Shown one piece after another: positions 1 through 8,939 of a stretch of 55,296 nucleotides of DNA (positions are counted from its first letter, which is position 1; each line of letters starts with the position of its first letter). Under the pieces are notes generated by a model that saw only the letters and a list, made by a program, of their open reading frames with translations, was not told where the DNA came from and did not search any database. The translations under genes were made by a program, and so were the position numbers. The stretch comes from Catajapyx aquilonaris (Eukaryota). The stretch is from NCBI GenBank assembly GCA_000934665.2, contig KZ539385.1, forward strand, positions 1 to 55,296, written 5' to 3'.

Positions 1-99
1 GGTAGCCTAAATAACTAAATAAGGCGTATGTGTAGCAATGCTCTCTAGGCTTTATCAGCTTAGGTCTGTTTTTTAAGGGTCATGGAGCAAAAAAAAAAG

Positions 100-234
100 G
101 AAGTTAGCTGTTAGCATTAGCTTTAACTAATTTTCTAGCCACTTAGCATTAGCTATTTAGCAAATCCAATTTTTTGTAGTTAGCTTATCAGCTGTTAGAG
201 AAGCTGATTTTTCGGTTAGCTGTGCCCACCTTTG
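100..234. mobile_element. Probable end of a non-autonomous hAT-like element with TTAGC subterminal repeats
   Basis: Dense ttagc/tagc repeats ending ttagctgtgcccacctttg. The other end is not in the window, so there is no TIR or TSD confirmation. Confidence 0.35.
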
Positions 235-828
235 CTTATTATCTGAGCCGACATCGGATCGAGGGAGCACGCTCGGCGGCAGGAAAATGGCTTGGTTCGT
301 TACCGTCCAAATAAATAGCCTACATGGAGGTATGGAATTGGGCTGAATCTTTGCACACTGCTGTATTACTACGCGACTCCCACAGAGGTTTCCAAGTTTG
401 ACGCTCCAAATCATCGGCATAAGGTGTGTACAGGAATTTTTTGTAATTTTTGGTAACGAACCAAAGCTTTCGGATGACTCTGGTTAGTTACTGAAACTGA
501 AGCACACAGAGATCACCCTCCGACGATTTAAGCACACCAATCGAAAGAGGACATCAAGCTGCATCCAACAGACACACTTGAGAAGTGATCGAATGAATGG
601 CAATGCTTACAGAGGCGCCAAAAGCCTCGCGTGTCCCCAGACACTAAAAGGCCTTTGGCGCGCACAGTTGAACGTATGAGCAGCTGGTGCCAAAGAACAG
701 CAACACTGACCAATTTTAAGGTTGGCATTGTTTAGTAGAGATGTTGAGCATCCGATTGGTGTGATCAAATGCGGTATTCAACGAAAAAAATAATCGTCGC
801 TTCATGTCCGCTCTATCGCAAAAATGCC

Positions 829-829
<1 letters not shown>

Positions 830-892
<63 letters not shown>
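830..892. repeat. (ATT)n microsatellite, about 20 units
   Basis: Direct reading; explains the poly-Ile ORFs. Confidence 0.98.
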
Positions 893-1286
893 CTCCTTGG
901 GGGTCCTTTCGGCGTGGACAATCACGATAGTAGTGCGGGCTCTCTTGTCCTATTGGCTGGTCATGGTGCAAGGTCACAATGTTGACCATGGCGGTTTTGT
1001 AAACCCAAGAGACAGCTTGTTGCTATACCAATTGCAGTAATCTACATATTATTGTCTTTGTACTAGACCTTTGTACCCTAGACTGCAAAATGTGTCCTAA
1101 TTTACCGGCGCCACCCTGTATAAACTCATTGTTACAAAAAATAAAAAACCTTGCGATTTTTGCCCAGTGATGTTTTTAAATCTCCAAGATCCTAATCTAA
1201 AACACGCACCATTTGGCCTGTGACACATTCCAAGGGTTTTTTTCATGCATATAATTTCTACAAAAATATATATATGGATAATATAC

Positions 1287-1607
1287 GGGGAAGGCGCGGT
1301 GGCCGAGATGGTAACGTCTCGGCTTGCTGAGCGGAAGGTCCCGGGTTCGATCCCCGCCCTTGATTTCCCTTCCGCCTGCGTCAGTGGGTCTCTGCCCGCG
1401 CCTAAGAAGTCTGGGGGACTGCACATGACCCATTTCCGACATTGCACTTGCACCTGTGTCCCCTCCCCAAAAATCCCTATCCTTACCCCATTTCCTTGCT
1501 TCCCTGCACGGAGAACGAAGAAAAAAGTATGAAATAATAGAAAACCGATGGTGGTAGGCCACCCCCCTATAACGACTTACGGTTGTATCACGGGGTAAAA
1601 TAAATAA
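1287..1607 (+). mobile_element. tRNA-derived SINE, family A copy 1
   Basis: A box TGGCCGAGATGG, B box GGTTCGATCCC, (TAAA)n tail; 15-bp TSD atatggataatatac (1272-1286 / 1608-1622); homologous to 5941-6280. Confidence 0.9.
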
Positions 1608-1854
1608 ATATGGATAATATACTATTAAAAGGCCGACTGTGTCGTAGTTTCAAGTCGATATGAGTTTAGATGAAGCTGCAAGTGGGAGATATATAGGCCT
1701 ACTATATACTACCCCGAAAGAGTACTGATGAGTAAACTTTGGATAAAAATAAGTAAGTAAGTAAATAAATAAAGGTCCACTTCAGTTGATCTGGAGCTTA
1801 TAAGTACGTACTGTAGGTTGTCGCACCTGCTTGACGCAAATGAGAAAGAGAGAG

Positions 1855-1930
1855 AAAAAAAAGGACCCACATGGGATTCGAACCCGGATTCACCACCACG
1901 GATGGCATGGCATGGCGCGGGAGCGGGACA
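1855..1930 (-). other. Second B-box element (GGTTCGAATCC) in a degenerate tRNA-like fold, followed by a T8 run
   Basis: GTCCCGC...CCGGGTTCGAATCCCATGTGGGTC-C-TTTTTTTT; no recognisable A box or D arm; about 60 nt downstream of the tRNA-like gene, same strand. Confidence 0.5.
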
Positions 1931-1989
1931 AAACTAAACAGAAAAAACGAATAGGTAAAATAAATTACAAAATAAAAAAATAAAAAAGA

Positions 1990-2125
1990 TAGTGCGAGAC
2001 GGATTCGAACCGCCGACTTGAGATGGCCCCCCACCTGCCCTGCTTCGGGCGCTACAGCTAGCGTTCCTGCAGAGACAAATTGGGAGATAAAGGCCTCACG
2101 CTCTAACCAACTGAGCTATCGCACT
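1990..2125 (-). tRNA. Atypical intron-containing tRNA-like gene (mature 73 nt, nominal anticodon TTT with C33; 63-nt intron 2025-2087)
   Basis: Acceptor stem AGTGCGA/TCGCACT + A73; D arm GCTC-AGTTGGTTA-GAGC; anticodon stem TGAGG/TCTCA; T arm GGCGG-TTCGAAT-CCGTC; A and B boxes intact; T6 terminator 2 nt downstream; intron after position 37 with C32 able to pair with the antepenultimate intron G. Confidence 0.8.
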
Positions 2126-2157
2126 ACCGTCCTGTGGGGCCTCTCCTTTTGAGGTGC

Positions 2158-2208
2158 TTTATACCCAATACCCCTCCATCACGTGACCACTGACGTCATG
2201 TGACGTCA
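2158..2208. promoter_or_regulatory. Upstream element array: TATAAA (minus, 2158-2163), E-box TCACGTGA (2179-2186), two CRE palindromes TGACGTCA (2191-2198, 2201-2208)
   Basis: Motifs read directly. TATA lies 33-38 nt upstream of the tRNA-like 5' end; the two CREs start 10 bp apart. Confidence 0.7.
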
Positions 2209-2262
2209 CCAGGGGGGTGAGGGGCAGGGGCAAGCCGATTCGGTTACGTTCTGTTTGCAAGT

Positions 2263-2943
2263 ATGGCGGCTCATGAGGTATTGTGGAGAGCCACGTGGCT
2301 GGTCGCCTCTTTCGCCCCTTCTCTGCCCTGCCCCCGGGGCGGGAGTTCGAAGGAAGTGGGGTCTCCATCGGCCCCCATTCGTGCCCCTCCAGCCGCCTCC
2401 AGTCAGGCTCATCTTCACAAGTACGGGGAGTCTTTTAAAAATATCGTCGCCGGAGCACTTTTTTCTTTCTTTCTTTCTTGAAAGGAGACATGTTCTTGGA
2501 TGAAGAGGGCTTCCTCTTGGGCCAGCAGAGGAGGATGTTGCTGCCTTGTCACACCACATGTCTTACCAATAACCCAGGTATGTCTGTTTGGTGCCAGTTT
2601 CCCCATCCCTCTCTTACCAAGGGGGTAATCACTCGACTGAAAAGTGTACACTGGAGTACCATTCAAGGAGTACCACTCGCAGGTGTACACCGGAGTACCG
2701 AAGTGATTACCCCCTTTTCTCTTACTGTTACAGGGTGGAATTCGTTGGGATATAAAAGGGGAGCATATAATGGTGGTAGGATCACTATGTGCAGTGGAAG
2801 CATTGTCAAAATACCGTAATCCAATCCCAATACTCTGTATTGTAGCTGTTCACACACACATTGCTGTGTGGTGGTCTTGCTCATCCACAAATGAAGCTTG
2901 TGGGATGGGTGGTTGGATTCGCATATCAATAGATGAAGAATGA
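2263..2943 (+). CDS. Candidate small 3-exon orphan gene or lncRNA: join(2263-2277,2485-2577,2734-2943), 105 aa
   Basis: ATGGCGGC start downstream of the CRE array; donors GAG|gtattg and CAG|gtatgt; acceptors (tttc)n-ttgaaag and cttactgttacag; open phase-0 frame; AATAAA at 3150 and 3158. No recognisable homology. Confidence 0.35.
2618..2717. mobile_element. 100-bp MITE (hAT/P-like) with 15-bp TIRs and 8-bp TSD
   Basis: aagggggtaatcact (2619-2633) / agtgattaccccctt (2702-2716); TSD tctcttac at 2610-2617 and 2718-2725. Confidence 0.75.
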
Positions 2944-5502
2944 ATTAATACTGAACTGTTTGGTCGCCAGGGAAGGGAATGCAAATCTAAATTAAGGAGG
3001 AAAAAATGTATACGTTTATGGGCTTCTGATGGAATTGTATCAGTCACAGGACAGGATTTGAAGGAATGAACCCAAAATTTGTGGATTAAGGTTCGAGTTA
3101 ATAGGGGGAGGGTATTACAGCTATATGATGACTATTACAATGAAATGTAAATAAAACAATAAAAAACAGGCCCTACACTCAAGGGCCTTTTTGGGAAAAA
3201 TTATTCGATGAGCAACTCTCAGAAAATCATGGCATTTAATTACAACATGATTGTGCAGATACTGGGAAACATGATGAAGGAAAATAATAATGAAGTATCG
3301 GTCATGTAAAATGACATCTAATCATCCATATAGGATGTGTTTGAAAATTATCACCTGTAAGGATTTCATTATTAATTATTTATGATGATAATAATAATAT
3401 ATTATATCATCTTATATCTTTTTATATTATATTATTGTTATTAATTATTGATTATACTAATTCGGCAAGTAGAAGGCGTTCCATCCTGAAGCCTGGAGGT
3501 TTTGCTGCCCTCCTTCGTCCCATGCAAGGCGACGGGTGTTGGTCTGGTGGTGCCAACAACTCAGCAATGAGATGGTCCTCCTGCCTTGCCCGTCCTTTGT
3601 TGGTGAACGTCACCTGGGACACCGCCGAAGTCAACATCCCAGCATAGCCTGGCCTGTCGTAAATCTGTTGTATTCCCCCCCCTTTAAAAAATTATCTGTG
3701 AGTACCTGACCAGGCTTCAGATTTTTTTTGGTATATGTATTTGGTCATACGAGGATATTGAGGACCTCCTGATCCTGAATATCCGCTGGCAACCCCATAT
3801 CTGTTTGGGAAACGCCATGAAAATGATGATGATGATGTAGATGATGATTATAAATTTATAATAATTTCGTATTATTGTGCCATTCAGGTAAAATCTGACC
3901 AGACGTTATGCTTGCCCAACTGCTAGGATTAACATATGAATGGCCAAGTTGGGGAAGGGGCACATATGAATTATACTATAGGCTGACAATAACTCCTTCA
4001 AGCAGCCTAAGTTGTAAGAAGGCAAATCAAGAGTGTCTCTTGCCCCCCAAACAATTACTTCATTGCCATTTTTTTGCCAATTCATCTGCTGCCTATGCAA
4101 TGGCAGGTGCAGGAGAATTGGCCACGCTTGATGTTGCAGTCATGGATGGACCTGCGTGGTTGGCTCAGCAGGTTGTGGGGCTGCACCTACGGCCCTCGTC
4201 TCTTCCACTGAGGGATCATCCCCGGTTGGTGGCGGCAGCAGCAGCGAACCTCAGACATGTAGTGTCCACCTACTCCTCCTGCACCAGGTTGCCACAAAAT
4301 CTAACAGGTCCTCAAGTCATCTGTGTAGGTAAGGCCTTCTGAAGCCTCCCCTGCTGGTGGGCACTATCACCCGATCAATCACTCTTGGTTTGGGAGGAGT
4401 CCTCTGCCTCATTGTTAACCGGTTTTTTGGCACGTGCAGGAAGACATTACAGTAGATTCCACTATTGTGCAGCCCATTGGCAGGAAAATTTTATGCAATA
4501 AACAGCATTTTATATCTGAGTCCAAGCAATTTTATGCAAATACTACTCCACTTGAAGTATGCGACTAAACATAATTAATTTTAGTGAACTCTTATGGTGA
4601 ACACTTGCAAGTACAACTTGAACGCCCAGTCTAAGTTAAAGTTCTCCATAGGTTTGGTTGTGGTCATTATGACATTGGTTGCCCACAATGTAAAATAACA
4701 GGAATTAAACTTCCCGGGTGGCAGGAAGAACTTACATCAGCAATGGAATCTGATAAGATTTATTGTAATTAATTATTGAAAAAACAAAAATTAGCAACTA
4801 CTAAGGGCAACCTGACGGATTTATTGTTTCAGTGAGTTTGGTGCTCCATGACCTAAATAGAGTACGGTATACATTTAAACCTTCTTATATTATAACTAGA
4901 ACTGTAATTGAACCATGGAAATAAAAACCGAACTAACTCCAGTGAGGGAATAAAAGGACTTGTGCCCTTCTTGCACTGACCCCTCGGAAAGCATAGAAGG
5001 GACCATCACACATGCACAGGCCTGCACATGCATGGAGTTTGCAGGGCAGTTGCAGCGGGCAATTCAACACCCATCCACGTTGAAACGATGCTTGTCGGAC
5101 ATGTAAGTACTGCACAGCACACGTTTGTAGTAACCCCCTCCCCACGAAGCCCTCTTGGAGTTGTTTCGGTTTTCTCTTCCATGGCGTGTGGAATACAAAT
5201 TAAATTATTGTATGGAGTTATGGTTATAAACTTATAATTAGTTTTAAATGTTTACCCCGTTTATGTCACAGAGCACCAAACTCACTGAAACCAATCTGCC
5301 AGATTGCCCTACTTGTTAATTGGTGTTTTTTCAATAATTTATTATGAATAACAATAAATCTGATCAGATTCCTTTGCTGATGCAGGTGCTCCCTGCCACC
5401 CGGGACGTTTAATTCCTGTTATTTTACGTTGTGGGCAACCAATGTCATAATGGCCACAACCTCTGGAGAACTTTGACTTAGCCTGGGTATTTGAGTTGTA
5501 CT

Positions 5503-5722
5503 CAGTGGCGGATCTAGACGTCGTTGTTGGGGGGGGTGATTTGTCGCCGCGCTCCCCCCCCCCCNCCCCAATAAGGAAAAAACCCCAAAAAGCCCGCCGC
5601 AGGCGAAATTTTTTTACACTATGTAAGCACATCAGATTGCGAAATGGCCATTTTTCTGTTTCTTGCTTCAGCTTGGGGGGGGTGATCACCCCGATCACCC
5701 CCCCCCCATAGATCCGCCACTG
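5503..5722. mobile_element. Non-autonomous hAT-type MITE (220 bp)
   Basis: TIR cagtggcggatcta / tagatccgccactg; 8-bp TSD gttgtact (5495-5502 / 5723-5730); single empty site in the other arm of the inverted duplication. Confidence 0.92.
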
Positions 5723-5940
5723 GTTGTACTTGTAGGTGTTCACTGTAAGAGTTCACTAAAATTAATTATGTTCAGTCACGTACTTCAAGTGGAGTAGTTG
5801 CACTCGATTGCTTGGACTCAGATAAAAAATACAGTTTATTGCATAAAATTTTCCTGCCAATGGGCTGCACAATAAAGTGGAATCTACTGTAATGTCTTCT
5901 TGTACTGTACTTGTTAGGTGCCAGTAATCTGGATAAAACT

Positions 5941-6280
5941 GGGGGAGGTGTGGTGGCCGAGATGGTAACGTCTCGGCTTGCTGAGTGAAAGGCCCCAGGT
6001 TCGATCCCCGCCTGGGGAACTTTCCTTTCACCTGCGTCAGGAGGGTCTCTGACCTGCACCAAGGAGGTGTCTGGCAACCTAACCTCCTGGGGAACAGCAC
6101 ATGACCCATTTGTAGACATTGCACTTGCACCTATATGTTCCCTCCCCAAAAAATCCCTACCCTTACCCCATGTCCTTTCATCCTTGCACCGGAGTTAGAA
6201 GAAAAATAGAAAATTGAAGGAAAAATGGTGGTATTCCACTCCCCTATCCTATGGCCCTATCACGGGGTACATAAAAAAAA
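5941..6280 (+). mobile_element. tRNA-derived SINE, family A copy 2
   Basis: Same head, body and tail as 1287-1607; A-rich tail; 15-bp TSD aatctggataaaact (5926-5940 / 6281-6295). Confidence 0.9.
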
Positions 6281-8183
6281 AATCTGGATAAAACTGAGGC
6301 AGAGGAAACCTCCCATAGCAAGAGTTATTCATCAGGAGATGATGCTTCAGAAGGCCTTACCTAAGCACCTACTTGAGGACCTGTTAGATTGTGGCGAAGG
6401 GCATGATCATAATGACACAATCATGGACGACTCGGAGTAGGTGTATGAAGAAGCTCTTCCTGACTACCTGATGACAGGAGTAGGTGATCTGGGTGGGAAT
6501 TACTTAAGCAGTGGTTCTTTCCTGTTGCCCCCAATTGAGGATGAGCCATCAAGTGAAGAGAGGGATGTTCATGTGAAGCAAGTAAAGGATAATGATGTTG
6601 ACACTGTCAAGAGATCCATTGAAGTTATCCATCATGTTTAAGTTCATCAATTGGTAGATGTGTCAGCTAAGGCATTGCACCACTGTGGTGGATAATATCT
6701 TATTGTGTGGTGTTGTTAGAGTTAGTTCCACACAATTATGAACCTTCTACACTATCTACAGTTATGCAACCCTGTGGTATCATCATAATATGCGCTGTAC
6801 TTATTTTATGTGTTATTGAAATTGATTAACCATGATCTAATCTAATTGTGGTTTTAAATCCGCCAGGTGAAAGTTTTACTCTTGTGAGTGTTCATGTGAC
6901 ACGAGTTACTTGACCTTACTCAATTACAAAATGGACACAGTTGTATTGAGAAATATTGTACTCAGTTAGTTTAATGACCTCATTACTTTCTTACCAAAAT
7001 AATATTTAGGGAAAGGATTTCTTCATGACTAGTGCTAACTGGCTGTTACGTAAATGTGTTCCATCACATGCACCTGACATCACAAGATCACACTGAATGT
7101 TGCAACTGTTAATCTTGTGAAGGCAGTGCAGTGCTGCACATACCTTTGCCATGTCTGGATGTTCTGTGCCAAAGTCTACAATATGTTCAGAACTGTAACA
7201 CTCGAAGATGTTCATTGACTGGTGAGAATATTTTGCCATCAAACGTCGATGTACAACAGTCATCCCTCAGAGATACTGATTTGTACTGTAATGTTTAAAT
7301 ATATTTTTTCACATAGGCTATAGGTGTAAATTACACTAGTCAACAATGATTTTGGCACATGAACAATTTTAGCTGTTTCTAATGCATTCACATGTGCAGA
7401 TTCCAAATATGAAGTCAGAATGTGTCCACCCTCCATATTTTTGTAACAGCCAGGCCTACATTATTATACAGAATTTGAGTTGCCTACCCCTGGCCGGCCC
7501 TGATGATTTCTCATTGTATTGCCGCATTGTGCAAACTTCCGTTTAGGGAACAATAAACTTGACAAATTGAGCCTCGTACAAGTGTCATTAAAAATATCAA
7601 AATATTCAAATGCTCCTAATGGTTTCGGAGGACAGTAGTGCACCCATTGCCAGTGGCAAAAATCAGCAGCAAACAATTTCCACAAAGGAGACATTTTTGT
7701 TGACGAATTCGTCTTGAACTGTGAATAGATAGATCCATAGGCAATAAGGATACGAGTCTGGAGCTAGTCTGAAGCCTTTTCTCATGGACATCATAAACGC
7801 ACACGTTTTCTATTGACATGGTTGGGACTACTTGCTTCGGGTGTTGGTAACTTGAATAATTCCGAGAATACTGTGGATAGAAGATAATCAGAGTTTTGCT
7901 CTTTCAGCTATGGGAAATATTGAGAACTTCTGCTAGTTTTTATCATGGTATAGTACAGAGCAAATTCAATTCTGGAACAGTGCCTACCATTGCCTGGACA
8001 AAAAGGTATTTTTGGCGAAAATGCCCTTCGACTCTAATATATCTTGAAGCAATTCTGAAAGCGAGCTTCTTTTGGAACAGTCGTTTTAACGGATAAAAAT
8101 GGTGATCCTTGTCAGAATAGTGCAAATGTCAAGATCTAGGTGCTTGCAAGTAAAGCTAATAAGCAGAATAGTGACTCACACTA

Positions 8184-8355
8184 GGGCAACATGGTGGCGT
8201 AGTGGTTAGCGCCACAGCCTTCCACCTCTGAGGCCCCGAGTTCGATCCCCGGGTTGGACGGAGGATACTTATGTGGATAGAATTTCAGTCGGTTCTCTCC
8301 GTGTTCGCATGGGTTTTCTTGGGGTTCTCCCGTTTCCTCCCATAATGAAAATCCA
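8184..8355 (+). mobile_element. tRNA-derived SINE carrying a V-domain-like core (V-SINE type); 3' end not defined
   Basis: A box TGGCGTAGTGG, B box GAGTTCGATCCC, then ttctctccgtgttcgcatgggttttcttggggttctcccgtttcctccca, which resembles the V-SINE central domain. A related fragment is at about 39675-39730. Confidence 0.75.
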
Positions 8356-8939
8356 TCACAGCGCAGGCAATTATTAAAGACGTTCACAAAAAGGTGTTGA
8401 AAAAAAACTTTCGCAATTAAATTTCCCATAATTTTTTTAAATTCTTGTTTTCAGCAATTTTTTAATTTATAAAAATTTCCGCGGTCAAGTGCGACCCCCC
8501 AGAAAAGGCTTGGGAGCAAATGTTAATAATTTACTAGTAGCCCTTTGTATACTTTGTTCTTATTGTGATATGATGAAGAGTAAAGCCTAATAGGAATGGG
8601 AAAAAGAACAGTTAATTCCACCCAATTTTCAACCCTGCATACAGCAGCTCTCTTATTGAAAGTACTTGTAATTCCAAGGCAGAAAAATGATGGAAATCCT
8701 CTATTGACTGAATATACTCTATGTATAGTACCAACCTTTTACCATTCTGGAGGACTCTTTCAAGAGCTGTCATGCATGAACAAGAATATCTGAACTTGGA
8801 AATGTTGAAATACCTCCTGCCTGCATCATTCTTGTCCACCTCAGGGGTTCCAGTTGGACTTCCATCACAACCACACCTGAAAATTATACAGTATGTTCCA
8901 AGTATTGGGGATCCTTTTAGTCAGTGCAGATTTTGCCTG

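Larger units (their letters stand above)
4200..6560. repeat. Old inverted duplication: arms about 4200-4947 and 5151-6560 with a spacer of about 200 bp
   Basis: For example aagacattacagtagattccac...caggaaaattttatgcaataaac (4441-4503) is the reverse complement of 5834-5898, and cttcagaaggccttaccta is mirrored at about 4326-4344 and 6345-6363. The right arm carries two later insertions. Confidence 0.85.

Noticed and set aside
716..1040. Poly-Ile ORFs resembling a transmembrane protein
   Set aside because: Produced by the (ATT)n microsatellite.
2087..2093. Reading the tRNA-like gene as an ochre suppressor (CT-TTA, aligned to tRNA-Tyr GTA)
   Set aside because: That register needs an extra base after the D stem, a C-A mismatch at 31-39 and a pyrimidine at 37. 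The TTT register gives a fully paired stem and correct intron geometry. Only sequencing of the mature RNA could revive it.
3452..4100. Exon-like minus-strand segments including FPNLAIHMLIL, reminiscent of a hAT dimerisation domain
   Set aside because: The diagnostic ERxFS motif is absent and frames are broken; cannot be assigned without a profile search.
7000..8130. Several 60-85 aa ORFs suggesting a decayed gene downstream of CELF
   Set aside because: No frame gave a recognisable domain or consistent splice structure.
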